A stretch of DNA of 64,000 bases from Parcubacteria group bacterium Athens0714_12 (GCA_007378955.1 VMGY01000001.1:38804-102803), one strand, 5' to 3'. Positions 1 to 10,757 are shown, numbered from the stretch's first letter. Made by a program: numbers and translations. Notes: generated from the letters alone by a model not told the origin.

Positions 1-768
1 AAAACCACCACACTTTACACAATTCTTAATATTTTAAACACCGCGGAAGTTAATATTTCAACCATTGAAGACCCGATTGAATATAGATTGACAGGAATTA
101 ATCAAAGTCAAGTCAATCCTCGCATCGGCTATACTTTTGCCACTGGCTTGAGGTCGCTTTTAAGACAAGACCCGAATGTTATTATGGTGGGAGAAATCCG
201 AGACAACGAAACCGCCAACATCGCGATTAACGCCGCTTTAACAGGCCATTTAGTCCTTTCCACTTTGCATACCAATGACGCGATAACAAGTTTGCCGCGG
301 CTTTTAGATATGCAAGTGCCCGCTTTTTTAATCGCTTCCACCATTAATGTGATTGTCGCTCAGCGATTAGCGAGAAAAATTTGCCCAAACTGCATCCAAA
401 GCTATAATTTGGATAAAAAACAGATAGAAGAATTGAAAAAAAACTTTGAACTTGATTCCATCATGCAAACTTTAATCAGAGAAAAAATAATTTCCCCAAA
501 AGAAAAAAATTGGGAGTCTCTGCTTTTTTACAAAGGAAAAGGATGTAAGCAATGCGATAATAATGGTTATAAAGGAAGAGTGGGAATATATGAAGTTTTG
601 GAGCTAAATGAAGAATTAAGAGATTTGGTTACTAAAGAGGCCGACACCGACCAATTAAAAAAAATAACGAAAAAACACGAAATGATTACTATTTTGGAAG
701 ACGCTTTTATTAAAGCGAAAAACGGCCTCACTTCTTTGGAAGAAATTATCAGAGTAACAAAAGAATAA
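1..768 (+). CDS. pilB: Type IV pilus assembly ATPase PilB/GspE family, 5'-truncated by window edge
   Basis: Frame is open from base 1 ([23 protein letters not shown]); [27 protein letters not shown], and CxxC..CxxC zinc motif. Confidence 0.93.
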   Translation, partial: KTTTLYTILNILNTAEVNISTIEDPIEYRLTGINQSQVNPRIGYTFATGLRSLLRQDPNVIMVGEIRDNETANIAINAALTGHLVLSTLHTNDAITSLPRLLDMQVPAFLIASTINVIVAQRLARKICPNCIQSYNLDKKQIEELKKNFELDSIMQTLIREKIISPKEKNWESLLFYKGKGCKQCDNNGYKGRVGIYEVLELNEELRDLVTKEADTDQLKKITKKHEMITILEDAFIKAKNGLTSLEEIIRVTKE

Positions 769-769
769 A

Positions 770-2119
770 ATGTTCCAACAAATAAGCCCTTATTCAATCC
801 CCGTCGGGATAGCATCAATAGGATTTTTATTTCTTTCGTCACTTGTTTATTTAAAAAATAAAAAATCTTCCGTAAACATTAATTTCGCTGTTTTTAATTT
901 TTTAATTTTTGTCTGGCTGTTTTCATACGCTATTTGCTATTCAACGCAAAACGATAAAATCGCTTACTTCTTCGCGAAAACAGCTTGCGTCGCCGTATTT
1001 CTGTTTGTCCTTTTTTATTTTTATAATGCTCTTTATTATGGCGAAATGGAAAGGGAAAAAGAAAAAGTAGAAAATATGATTTCTTTTATGCCGGACGGTT
1101 TAATTCTTTTAGATGAAAAAAATAAAATTCTTCACCTTAATCCGAAAGCTAAAGAAATTTTAAAGATGGAAGATATAAATAAAAAAGATTTATCCATGGA
1201 GGCTCTTGTTAATTATCCTTTTTTTACTACTTTTTTATCTTTTATTGAAAAACAAAAAAAATTGCGGGAGACAGGCAAATTGGAAGAAGCTCTATTTTTA
1301 AAAGATGATCATGGAAATGATTTAATTTATGAAACGACTTTGTCTTATTCTAAAGAACTTAAAGGAATTTTGATTATTTTGCGCGATATCACCAGAGAAA
1401 AAGCGGTTGATAAAATGAAATCAGAATTTATTTCCATCGCCGCCCATCAGCTTAGAACGCCTCTTTCCGCCATTAAATGGGTGATAAAAATGATTTTAGA
1501 TGGCGATACCGGAGTAATCAACGCGGAACAAAAAAATCTTTTAAATAAAGGATATCAAAGCAATGAAAGAATGATCAAGTTGATTAATGACCTGCTTAAT
1601 GTTTCCCGAATAGACGAAGGAAGATTTTTATATCAATTTTCCGAGGAATCTTTAGAAAAATTAATTAAAGAAATAATCAATTTAATAAATCCTTTGGCGA
1701 AAAAAAATAAAATTAAAATTATTTTCAATAAATCCGCAGAAACCCTGCCAAAAATAAAGATTGACAAAGAAAAAATATTCTTGGCCATTCAAAATTTAGT
1801 TGAAAATGCCATTAGATACAGTTCTAATAACAGCGAGGTGATTATTTCCGTAAAATATGATAAAATAGAAAAGAAAGCAGTGGTGGAGGTGAAAGACAAG
1901 GGCATTGGCATTCCAAAAAACCAGCAATCTAGAGTTTTTACTAAATTTTTTAGAGAAAATAATATAACTAAAACTCAAACTGAGGGCAGCGGATTGGGGC
2001 TATTTATCGTTAAAAACATTATTGAAGCGCATAAAGGCAAGATATGGTTTGAAAGCGAGGAAAAAAAAGGGAGCAGTTTTTATTTTAGTTTGCCTCTATA
2101 TAATAATAAAAAATTATAA
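770..2119 (+). CDS. Membrane sensor histidine kinase (short TM region, PAS-like domain, HisKA, HATPase)
   Basis: H-box AAHQLRTPL, N-box NLVENAIRY, DKGIG and GSGLGL motifs; about 3 N-terminal hydrophobic segments. Confidence 0.92.
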   Translation: MFQQISPYSIPVGIASIGFLFLSSLVYLKNKKSSVNINFAVFNFLIFVWLFSYAICYSTQNDKIAYFFAKTACVAVFLFVLFYFYNALYYGEMEREKEKVENMISFMPDGLILLDEKNKILHLNPKAKEILKMEDINKKDLSMEALVNYPFFTTFLSFIEKQKKLRETGKLEEALFLKDDHGNDLIYETTLSYSKELKGILIILRDITREKAVDKMKSEFISIAAHQLRTPLSAIKWVIKMILDGDTGVINAEQKNLLNKGYQSNERMIKLINDLLNVSRIDEGRFLYQFSEESLEKLIKEIINLINPLAKKNKIKIIFNKSAETLPKIKIDKEKIFLAIQNLVENAIRYSSNNSEVIISVKYDKIEKKAVVEVKDKGIGIPKNQQSRVFTKFFRENNITKTQTEGSGLGLFIVKNIIEAHKGKIWFESEEKKGSSFYFSLPLYNNKKL

Positions 2120-2126
2120 AAAAACT

Positions 2127-2519
2127 ATGCCCAAACAAAATCAAACAAAAATTTTAATTATTGAAGACGATCAATTCTTAAGGGAGCTTTGTGAAAAAAA
2201 GCTCAAAAAAGAAGGTTTTAATGTTCTAACCGCCATTGACGGCAAATCAGGTTTGGAAAAAATTATAGAAGAAAAACCGGATTTGGTGTTGCTTGATATT
2301 GTCCTGCCCATGATGGATGGATTTGAAGTTTTAAAAAGAATCAGGCAGCAAAATGATATGGAAATAATCACTATTCCTATTATTATTTTATCTAATTTAG
2401 GCCAGGAAAACGATCTAGAAAAAGCTAAAAAATTAGGCGCTAACGACTATTTAATAAAAGCCCAGTTTACGACTGACGAAATTACGGAAAAAATAAAAAA
2501 AAATTTAAAAAATAAATAA
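2127..2519 (+). CDS. Single-domain response regulator (receiver only)
   Basis: KILIIEDD, PDLVLLDIVLP, GANDYLIK; ATG at 2127, just after the kinase stop, is preferred over the ORF-track start at 2022. Confidence 0.9.
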   Translation: MPKQNQTKILIIEDDQFLRELCEKKLKKEGFNVLTAIDGKSGLEKIIEEKPDLVLLDIVLPMMDGFEVLKRIRQQNDMEIITIPIIILSNLGQENDLEKAKKLGANDYLIKAQFTTDEITEKIKKNLKNK

Positions 2520-2545
2520 ATTTTTCTATTTTTAATAATTTATAA

Positions 2546-3643
2546 ATGGCTGATTTAAATTCTAAAAATACAAATAAAAAAAATATTTTTTCTTGGGGGA
2601 TTTTTGGCAGAATAAGCATGAAAGAAAAAATATTTTTTACTAAAAATTTGGCGGTAATGGCAAAATCTGGACTGTCTCTTTCCGTTGCTTTGGAAATTTT
2701 AGCCAATCAAACGACAAATAAAAAATTTGAAATTGTTTTAAAAAATATCAAAGCAAACGTGGAAAAAGGAAATTCCTTGACATCTTCTTTGTCAAAATAC
2801 CCTGAAATTTTTTCTGAAATAACCGTTAATATGATAGAAGCCGGCGAAAAAAGCGGAAAATTAGAAGATGCTTTAAATCAAGTGACGTTGCAAATGAAAA
2901 AAAATTATGAATTAGTTTCAAAAATAAAAAGCGCGCTGACCTATCCCCTTTTTATTTTAACCGTGATGGCAATAATTGGAATTTTTATGTTTCTTTTTAT
3001 TATTCCTAAAATGCTGGCTATTTTTGAAGAAATCGACGCCCCTCTGCCATTAGTAACAAAAATTCTAATAAAAACGAGCGATTTATTTTCCCAATACGCG
3101 ATTTATTTTCTATTCGGATTGATAATTTTAATTATCTTATTTATAAAATTTAAAAAAACAAAAAAAGGAAAAATAATTATTCAAGGAATGTTATTAGAAA
3201 CGCCCATTTTTTCCGAGATAATAAAAAAAATAAATTTGGCTAAATTTTGCCGCACCTTCAGTTCTCTCTTAACAACTGATATTCCCATTGTCCAAACTCT
3301 TAAAATCACGGCCAATGTTCTGAATAATGTTCATTACAAGCAATTAATAATAGAATCTTGCGAAGAAGTAAAAAAGGGTAATTCTGTCGCCGCTCTTTTG
3401 GAAAAAAAACCGAAATTATTCCCCCCTCTCTTAACGCAAATGGTCAAAGTAGGCGAACAAACCGGAACTTTGGATAATATTTTAAATGATTTGACTCTTT
3501 TTTACGAACAAGAAGTAAAAGATACTTTAGACACCTTAGCTTCCTTGATAGAGCCGATTTTAATTGTTGTTTTAGGCGTCGGCGTCGGGCTAATCGCGTC
3601 TGCCATTATTTTACCGATGTATTCAATGACGCAAGCGTTTTAA
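2546..3643 (+). CDS. pilC: Type IV pilus platform protein PilC/GspF
   Basis: Two T2SSF repeats (AGEKSGKLE; VGEQTGTLD), SALTYP, LIEPILIV. Confidence 0.93.
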   Translation: MADLNSKNTNKKNIFSWGIFGRISMKEKIFFTKNLAVMAKSGLSLSVALEILANQTTNKKFEIVLKNIKANVEKGNSLTSSLSKYPEIFSEITVNMIEAGEKSGKLEDALNQVTLQMKKNYELVSKIKSALTYPLFILTVMAIIGIFMFLFIIPKMLAIFEEIDAPLPLVTKILIKTSDLFSQYAIYFLFGLIILIILFIKFKKTKKGKIIIQGMLLETPIFSEIIKKINLAKFCRTFSSLLTTDIPIVQTLKITANVLNNVHYKQLIIESCEEVKKGNSVAALLEKKPKLFPPLLTQMVKVGEQTGTLDNILNDLTLFYEQEVKDTLDTLASLIEPILIVVLGVGVGLIASAIILPMYSMTQAF

Positions 3644-3651
3644 AATTTAGT

Positions 3652-5820
3652 ATGAAACAAAATTCTGGTCTTACTTTAATAGAACTTATTATTACTATAA
3701 GTATTTTTATTATTGCCTCTTTGGGAATTTTAGGCCTTTTTTCTTATAGTTTTAAAACGGTCGGCAATAGCAAGGCAATTTTAACCGCGACAGGCTTGGC
3801 CGCCAAACAAATAGAAATTATCAGAAATATGCCTTATGATAAACTCGGAACAACGGAAGGCTGGCCGCCTGGCGATATTCCGTCTTCTCAAATAATAAAT
3901 CAAAACAAAATTAATTATACCATTCAAACGATTATTGAATATGTTGATGACCCTTATGACTCCCTATTCCCCGATGATACGACCGGAAATGATTACAAAA
4001 AAGCGGAAGTAATGGTTAGTTGGGATAAATTTTTTTCTATAAATCCAGTTAAGCTGACTACTAATGTCTGCGCCAAAGGATTAGAAATTCCTAATGGCGC
4101 CGGCGGCTTAAAAATTAATCTTTTTGACAATAATGGCAATCCGGTAAGTCAAGCTTCTGTTAAAATAGAAAATCTTGCTCTTGACCCAAATATTAAGATT
4201 AATAGAGAAACTAATAATGCGGGAATTTTGCAAATTTTAGACCTTCCTCCTTCCGGGGAAAATTATCATATCATTGTTTCCAAAGAGGGATACTCGCAAG
4301 ACTATACCATCGCGCCAGACTCTTTAGGCGCCTCTACTCCGCTTCAGCCAGATTTAAGAGTAATTGAGAAAGAGTTGACTGAAAAAACTTTTTCCATTGA
4401 TAAAATCAGCAGCTTAAAAATATCTACTTTAACAAAATATTGCTCTTCTGTTCCAAATATTTCTTTTAATATGCGAGGACAAAAATTAATCGGCCGAGAC
4501 CCCGATGTCTTTAAATATTACCAGAATTTAAGCACAAATAGTTCAGGAGAGTTAATTATTGATAATTTAGAATTTGATACTTATAATATAGCTTTAAACT
4601 CTCTGGCTTATGATCTTGCCGGCGCTAATCCCTTAATACCTTTGATACTCTTGCCTAATACCAACCAAAATTTTTATTTTATTTTAAAGCCTCATCAAGC
4701 TCATACTCTTTTAGCGACAGTTAAAGATAACAGCACGGGCTTAGTTTTATCGGGAGCGGAAGTAAAACTATCTAAAATCGGCTATGAAGAAACTTTAATC
4801 ACCGGCAAAGGCATTTGGCGGCAAACTGATTGGCAAGGAGGAAGCGGACAAGAAAATTGGGAGGAAGAAGATATGTATTTTGATGATGATGGAAATATTA
4901 ACACTAATAATTCTGAAGAAATGAAATTAGCTGGTGGCCATACTCAGCAAAATTTTAACGAAACATTTGATGACGCGGCTTATGAAAATTTTTCCGCCAC
5001 CACGGCTGATTGGAACACTACTTTAAAAGAATTAAGATTGCCTAAAATAGGAACGGACTTTTCTTCTTCCGCCACCGGGGAATCGCTAAAAATAAATTCC
5101 GCCGCTTATACGATTACTAAGGCTTATTTAAATGCCAGCCATACGTTAAACGGCGAAACAATAAATTATTATTTATCCGCTAATGGAGGCATTGATTGGG
5201 AAAATGTAATTTCCGGCGTTGAATATATTTTTATTAATCAAGGCAATGATTTGCGATGGAAAGCGGAATTATCCACGAATACTGTTTCTATCACGCCTTC
5301 TATTCAAAGCATCTCTATTAATTACACTGATTCAAATCCTTTTGCTAATAATGGCTTCTTAATATCTTCTTCTTATGATACCGGCACAAATAAAACGATT
5401 TGGGGCAATTTAAGCTGGGAACCTCAAAATCAAGCAATAGAATTAGGAGAATCACCAATAAAATTTCAAATTGCCGCGAATAATGACAAGGCGACTTGGA
5501 ATTTTAAAGGGCCTGATGGCACTGAAGAAACTTTTTATACCAGCCCGGACGCCTCTATTAATCCCATCCATAACAATCATCAATATATAAGATACAAAAT
5601 TTTACTTTCTACTGAAAACTCTTCTTTCAGCCCGATTGTTTCGGATATTACCATTGACTTTACTTCCGGCTGCAGCACCCCGGGTCAAGTCTTTTTTTCT
5701 CCTTTGGAAGAAACGGCTTACGATTTAGATATAAGCTTGGCGGGATATCAAGGTTATTTTGAAAGCATAAATGTTTCCGGAAATAATTCCACGAAAATTT
5801 TTTTAAATCCAAATCCATAA
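3652..5820 (+). CDS. Large minor pilin/adhesin with class III prepilin N-terminus and beta-sandwich domains
   Basis: G|LTLIELIITI prepilin motif with E5; repeated carboxypeptidase-regulatory-like beta segments. Confidence 0.8.
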   Translation: MKQNSGLTLIELIITISIFIIASLGILGLFSYSFKTVGNSKAILTATGLAAKQIEIIRNMPYDKLGTTEGWPPGDIPSSQIINQNKINYTIQTIIEYVDDPYDSLFPDDTTGNDYKKAEVMVSWDKFFSINPVKLTTNVCAKGLEIPNGAGGLKINLFDNNGNPVSQASVKIENLALDPNIKINRETNNAGILQILDLPPSGENYHIIVSKEGYSQDYTIAPDSLGASTPLQPDLRVIEKELTEKTFSIDKISSLKISTLTKYCSSVPNISFNMRGQKLIGRDPDVFKYYQNLSTNSSGELIIDNLEFDTYNIALNSLAYDLAGANPLIPLILLPNTNQNFYFILKPHQAHTLLATVKDNSTGLVLSGAEVKLSKIGYEETLITGKGIWRQTDWQGGSGQENWEEEDMYFDDDGNINTNNSEEMKLAGGHTQQNFNETFDDAAYENFSATTADWNTTLKELRLPKIGTDFSSSATGESLKINSAAYTITKAYLNASHTLNGETINYYLSANGGIDWENVISGVEYIFINQGNDLRWKAELSTNTVSITPSIQSISINYTDSNPFANNGFLISSSYDTGTNKTIWGNLSWEPQNQAIELGESPIKFQIAANNDKATWNFKGPDGTEETFYTSPDASINPIHNNHQYIRYKILLSTENSSFSPIVSDITIDFTSGCSTPGQVFFSPLEETAYDLDISLAGYQGYFESINVSGNNSTKIFLNPNP

Positions 5821-5866
5821 AAAGCTATAAATTCCAAACTCTAAATTTAAAATTTTATAAATAATT

Positions 5867-6760
5867 ATGTCTAAATTTTATTTTTCCATTTTAACTTTAA
5901 TAGTAATTATCGGGGCTGTGACAGCGGCAACTATTTTTAAAATTAAAACCTCGGAAAAAAATAAATCTAATTCGGTCGTAATTTCTCAATCCAGTTCTCT
6001 TGAAGAAATCAATGAACTAATCGCCCAAGCTAATAATTACGAAGCTAAATTAAAAATTATCGCTCCTTCAGATAAAACTTACCTGGGCTACGTTTATGTT
6101 TCTTCCGATAAAATAAAAATTTCTTATCAAATAAAAGAAAAAATATTTTTTTCCGTGTCTGATTTAAATAAAAATGAAATTATAAATTATGAATTAAAAA
6201 ACAAAACAGGCGTTAAAATGCCTGTTCAAACTGAAAAAAAAGAAACTCTTTTTAAAAAATTGCCCGTGGGAGCGAAAATAATCAAAGAAAATGAAATATT
6301 CAATAATCTTAATTGCTGGGTAGTGGAAATTAAAAAGGGAAATGAAATAGAAACCTTATGGATTTCTAAAGACGACGGCATTATTATTAAAAAAGAAATC
6401 ATCAACTTTTTAGGAACAACTATCTTTGAATTAACAGAAATTGAAAATAAAGAAATAACGGAAAAAGAAACGGAAATACCTGAAGGAATAGAAATCATGG
6501 ATTTAACCTCTGAAGAATTTATTTCTTTTGTCCAAGAAAATCCAAATGATGCCGCTATTATCACTTCCTTGCCTTCCCTGCCCGCTTCTTCTGTAGAACC
6601 GGCCATTTCTCCTTATTTATCAACTGAATTCACGGGACAGTCAATACCAACTCTTAAAGAACAAGAATTCACAAATAGTTCTTATCCGAATGTCTTTGAT
6701 GAAGGAATTTATGAAGAAACTAATCCTCACCTGCCTTCGGAAATCATCCCATCATATTAA
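5867..6760 (+). CDS. Membrane-anchored hypothetical protein (LolA/DUF4412-like beta fold possible)
   Basis: N-terminal TM; CWVVE..TLWISKDDGIIIK pattern; low-complexity tail; co-oriented within the pilus cluster. Confidence 0.55.
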   Translation: MSKFYFSILTLIVIIGAVTAATIFKIKTSEKNKSNSVVISQSSSLEEINELIAQANNYEAKLKIIAPSDKTYLGYVYVSSDKIKISYQIKEKIFFSVSDLNKNEIINYELKNKTGVKMPVQTEKKETLFKKLPVGAKIIKENEIFNNLNCWVVEIKKGNEIETLWISKDDGIIIKKEIINFLGTTIFELTEIENKEITEKETEIPEGIEIMDLTSEEFISFVQENPNDAAIITSLPSLPASSVEPAISPYLSTEFTGQSIPTLKEQEFTNSSYPNVFDEGIYEETNPHLPSEIIPSY

Positions 6761-6780
6761 ATCAATATTAATATAAAATT

Positions 6781-7374
6781 ATGCGCGGCTTTACTTTAAC
6801 AGAAATTATTATCGCAGTCTCTTTGCTAACTTTAGTCGTTTTAATGGTGTGTTCTTTTATAATTCAAAGTTACAGAACATGGGATTTAATTCAAATACAA
6901 GGCGGCGCGCAAGAACAAATAAAAACCGAACTTAATAAAATAACCAAAGAAATGAGAAAAGCGCAAATGGCTGAAACAGGCGCTTATCCCATAAAAGAAG
7001 CTTCTCCCCTTTCTCTGACATTTTACGCTAATATTGACTCTGATCCGGAAATCGAACAAATCCGATATTTCCCGCAAGGAACAAATCTAATAAAAGGAAT
7101 TATTAAGCCGACTGGCAATCCGCCCGCTTATTCTTCGGAAGAACAAAATAAAATTATCGCTTCTTCAGTAAGAAATGATGATGAAAATCCAATTTTCAGT
7201 TATTTTGATGAAAATTATACTGGCGCGGAAGAGCCGCTTTCTTATCCTTTGGAAATAAATCAAATCAGATTAATAAAAATAAATTTAATTGTGGACGTTG
7301 ACACGGAAAAAAATCCTCCGCCTTATATCTTGGAAACAGAAGTTAATCTGCGAAACCTAAAAACAAATATCTAA
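6781..7374 (+). CDS. Minor pilin, PilW-like
   Basis: MRG|FTLTEIII prepilin motif; ends EVNLRNL. Confidence 0.85.
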   Translation: MRGFTLTEIIIAVSLLTLVVLMVCSFIIQSYRTWDLIQIQGGAQEQIKTELNKITKEMRKAQMAETGAYPIKEASPLSLTFYANIDSDPEIEQIRYFPQGTNLIKGIIKPTGNPPAYSSEEQNKIIASSVRNDDENPIFSYFDENYTGAEEPLSYPLEINQIRLIKINLIVDVDTEKNPPPYILETEVNLRNLKTNI

Positions 7375-7383
7375 TTTAACGTT

Positions 7384-8772
7384 ATGTTAATAAAAAATCG
7401 AAAAATTTATTTATCCGGTTCTACCTTGGTTTTATCTATTGTTTTTATTGCCATTTTTCTGACTTTAAGCATTTCCGCTTTAAATTGGGTTTTGTTGCAA
7501 AATAAAAAAAGTTTTCGCGACCAAATAAAAGAAAAAGTTTTCGCGATTGCTGAAGCAGGCATAGATTATTATCACTGGCATTTAGCTCATGACCCTCAGG
7601 ACTATCAAGATGGAACTGGCGAGCCGGGACCGTATATTCATGATTATTATGATATCAACGGCAATTTAATCGGCAAATTTGAGTTAGAAATAATACCCCC
7701 GCAAATTGGCTCTACGATCGTCACTGTTAAATCTACCGGTTATTTAATTTCACAACCTCAAATTAAAAGAACAATTGCCACCAAACAAGGCATCCCCTCT
7801 CTCACAACTTACGCGGTAATAGCTAATGACAATATGCGATTCGGCCCTGACACTGAAACTTACGGAAAAGTCCATTCTAATGGAGGAATTAGGTTTGACG
7901 GGGTGGCTCATAATATTGTCTCAAGCTATAAAGAAACTTACACCGACCCTGACAGCGGCTTAACCAAACCAGGCGTTTGGACGGCTTTGCCTAATGAGAA
8001 CGAAGTCTTTTTAGCCGGCAAAAAATATCCCGCGCCTTTAGTGGATTTCAATAAAATCACTAAAGATTTAAATGATATTAAATCTGACGCGCAAGCTAAC
8101 GGAATTTATCTTCCTCCTTCGGGAAATAGAGGTTATTATATCCATTTGCGCGATGACCAAAAATTGGATATTTACAAAGTTACCGGCGTAAGCTCTCAAT
8201 GCGATGGTAAGGATACCGACCGAATTAATAATAAAAAAACTTTTACTTATCAAGGAGAAAGTTCTATTGGCATAGCGATGCCTGTTAATGGCTTAATATT
8301 TGTGGAAGATAAGCTTTGGATTGACGGCAAAATAAATAATAATCGCTTAACTATTGCTGTCGGATTTTCCACCAGCAATGACATTATTATTAATAATGAC
8401 CTTACTTATACTAATTATGACGGCAGTGATAGTTTGGGATTGATCGCCCAAAATAATATCAGCGTTGGACTCTACAGCGAAAATGATTTAGAAATTAACG
8501 GCGCTTTATTCGCGCAAACCGGAAGAGTGGGAAGAAATTATTTTCCTTCTAATTGCAGTTCTACTTATTATAAAAGAAATTCCCTCACTTTAAGAGGCGC
8601 GTTGGGCACTAATAAAAGATATGGCTTTCGTTGGGTATGCGGGGGTTCGTACTGTTCCGGCTACGAATACCGCTATCTTACTTTTGACGAAAATCTAATT
8701 TTTATGCCGCCGCCTTCTTTTCCTACGGCGCCTACTTCCACTTACTCTATTATTTCTTGGATTGAAGAATAA
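7384..8772 (+). CDS. PilX-like minor pilin
   Basis: G|STLVLSIV (lacks E5), AIAEAGIDY PilX-type motif; last gene of the cluster. Confidence 0.78.
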   Translation: MLIKNRKIYLSGSTLVLSIVFIAIFLTLSISALNWVLLQNKKSFRDQIKEKVFAIAEAGIDYYHWHLAHDPQDYQDGTGEPGPYIHDYYDINGNLIGKFELEIIPPQIGSTIVTVKSTGYLISQPQIKRTIATKQGIPSLTTYAVIANDNMRFGPDTETYGKVHSNGGIRFDGVAHNIVSSYKETYTDPDSGLTKPGVWTALPNENEVFLAGKKYPAPLVDFNKITKDLNDIKSDAQANGIYLPPSGNRGYYIHLRDDQKLDIYKVTGVSSQCDGKDTDRINNKKTFTYQGESSIGIAMPVNGLIFVEDKLWIDGKINNNRLTIAVGFSTSNDIIINNDLTYTNYDGSDSLGLIAQNNISVGLYSENDLEINGALFAQTGRVGRNYFPSNCSSTYYKRNSLTLRGALGTNKRYGFRWVCGGSYCSGYEYRYLTFDENLIFMPPPSFPTAPTSTYSIISWIEE

Positions 8773-8782
8773 TTTTTTCAAA

Positions 8783-8817
8783 AAGAAAATGTCAAGGTTG
8801 AACCTTGACATTTTCTT
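8783..8817. repeat. Perfect 17-bp-arm palindrome between convergent pilX-like gene and gap (REP-like or bidirectional terminator)
   Basis: AAGAAAATGTCAAGGTT-G-AACCTTGACATTTTCTT; the core TCAAGGTTGAACCT recurs at 30441-30454. Confidence 0.8.
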
Positions 8818-8863
8818 GAATAAAATACAAAAATAGTAGGTTTGTAATTCGTAAAATATAATG

Positions 8864-8881
8864 AGTTTTGCAACCATCTCA
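8864..8881. repeat. Solo end of the 24192 MITE family
   Basis: AGTTTTGCAACCATCTCA matches 24350-24367 at 17/18 positions. Confidence 0.7.
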
Positions 8882-8886
8882 ATAAC

Positions 8887-9882
8887 TTAACCAATATATT
8901 CCGCCAACTCCACTAATCTGCAGGCATAAGCCCATTCATTATCATACCAAGCGACAACTTTTACTAAATTATTTTTAGCCATCGTCAGAGCAAGGTCTAC
9001 AATGGAAGACTTGTCATTTCCTTTATAATCCATAGATACTAACGGCTCATCGCTGACATCTAAAATTCCTTTTAATTCTTTCTCTTGCGCTTTAATAAAA
9101 GCCTTATTAACTTGTTCGGCCGTGGCGTCATTGTTAATTATCGCTTGAAAATCAATAATTGAGACAGTCGGCGTCGGCACGCGCAAGGCAATGCCATCTA
9201 ATTTTCCTTTTAATTCGGGAATTGTTTTTTCCACTGTTTTTGCCGCGCCGGTAGTAGTGGGGATAATTGACAGACCTGCCGCTCTAGCTCGCCGCAAATC
9301 TTTATGCGGCAAATCTAAAATTTTTTGGTCATTGGTATAGCTATGGATTGTCGTCATAAATCCTTGTTTAATGCCAAAATTCTGATGCAAAACTTTTACC
9401 ACCGGCGCCAAACAATTAGTCGTGCAAGAACCGCAGGAAATAATTTTTTCCTTTGAATTATATTTTTTTTCATTAACTCCCAAAACATAAGTGGGAATAT
9501 CATGGCTTTTTGAAGGCGCGCTAATAATTACTTTTTTTGCTCCGGCTTTTAAATGTTTCTCCGCTTCTTCTTTTAAAGTAAATCTGCCCGTGCACTCCAA
9601 AACAATATCTATGCCCAATCTTTTCCAAGGTAATTTTTCCGGGTCGCTTTCGGCAAATACTTTGATTTTTTTACCATTGATTATTAAATATTCTTTATCA
9701 AAATTAATTTCTTTTTCATACTTGCCGTATAAAGAATCGTATTTCAACAAATGGGCAAGTGTTTTATTGTCCGTCAAATCATTAATGGCGGTTATTTCCA
9801 AATTTTTTTTAGTTAAAATGGCTTTTAAGCTTTGCCTACCTACTCTGCCAAAGCCATTGATGGCGATTTTTATTTTTTTCAT
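8887..9882 (-). CDS. gap: Glyceraldehyde-3-phosphate dehydrogenase type I
   Basis: INGFGRVGR, SCTTNCLAP, WYDNEW. Confidence 0.98.
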   Translation of the reverse strand: MKKIKIAINGFGRVGRQSLKAILTKKNLEITAINDLTDNKTLAHLLKYDSLYGKYEKEINFDKEYLIINGKKIKVFAESDPEKLPWKRLGIDIVLECTGRFTLKEEAEKHLKAGAKKVIISAPSKSHDIPTYVLGVNEKKYNSKEKIISCGSCTTNCLAPVVKVLHQNFGIKQGFMTTIHSYTNDQKILDLPHKDLRRARAAGLSIIPTTTGAAKTVEKTIPELKGKLDGIALRVPTPTVSIIDFQAIINNDATAEQVNKAFIKAQEKELKGILDVSDEPLVSMDYKGNDKSSIVDLALTMAKNNLVKVVAWYDNEWAYACRLVELAEYIG

Positions 9883-9916
9883 ATTTTGTTTAAAATTTAA
9901 TATTCTTAAGTATTAA

Positions 9917-10729
9917 TTACTTCTTAAAAGGAATTTCAATGAAATTTCCGTTATCAATTTCAACTTTGATTGTCTGCTTTAAAATATTTCTTCCCACCAC
10001 CTTGCCTTTCCCTTTTTCTGTTTTTATGATACTGCCGAGAGCGGGAAGATTATTAGCTAATTCTTTATACATTGGCTCGTTATAAGCCAAACAGCAATAT
10101 AATCTGCCGCAAGAGCCGGACAAACGTTCAGCGCCCCGATGATTTAATTGCTGGTCAAAAATAAAATCCGTGCTGATATTGCCTAAATTTTTTAAAAACT
10201 TAAGGCAGCATAACTCTCTTCCGCAAGGTCCGATTCCTCCCATTATTTTCGCTTCTTCGCGCACTCCTATCTGTTGCAACCTGATTGACTTATGAAAAAT
10301 ACCGGTTAATTCCTTGACTAAGTTTCTAAAATCAATTCTTTCCGGAGCCGTAAAAGCGAAAGTTATCCTTCCGCCGTCAAAAGAAAATTTAACATCTATT
10401 AATTTAGCTGGTAAATTATATTTTTTTATTAGATTTCGGCAAGTTTTTAAAGTTTCCGCTCTGTTTTTATTTCTAAAATTAACTTTTTCTATGTCGCTTA
10501 AATTCGCTTTTCTTAAAATTGGCTTTAATTCTTTGATAGCTTTAAAATTTTCAATGCTTTTTATTCCTATTATTTCCCCTATTTCTATTCCTAATTCAGT
10601 CTTAACAATTACCTGGTCGCTTGTCTTTAATTTATGACTATCGGAATTAAAATTATAAATTTTATCCCACGGCGCAAATTGAACCTGAATTACCTTCGCC
10701 TCGCTGGAAATTTTTTGTTGCTGGAACAT
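9917..10729 (-). CDS. ricT: PSP1-domain / RicT (YaaT) family Fe-S protein
   Basis: RIDFRNLVKEL, RLQQIGVREEAK, GPCGRELCC, CGRLYCCLAY; probable start at MFQQQK. Confidence 0.88.
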   Translation of the reverse strand: MFQQQKISSEAKVIQVQFAPWDKIYNFNSDSHKLKTSDQVIVKTELGIEIGEIIGIKSIENFKAIKELKPILRKANLSDIEKVNFRNKNRAETLKTCRNLIKKYNLPAKLIDVKFSFDGGRITFAFTAPERIDFRNLVKELTGIFHKSIRLQQIGVREEAKIMGGIGPCGRELCCLKFLKNLGNISTDFIFDQQLNHRGAERLSGSCGRLYCCLAYNEPMYKELANNLPALGSIIKTEKGKGKVVGRNILKQTIKVEIDNGNFIEIPFKK

Positions 10730-10757
10730 AAAAGCGAGCTTATAAATTTTAAAGAGG

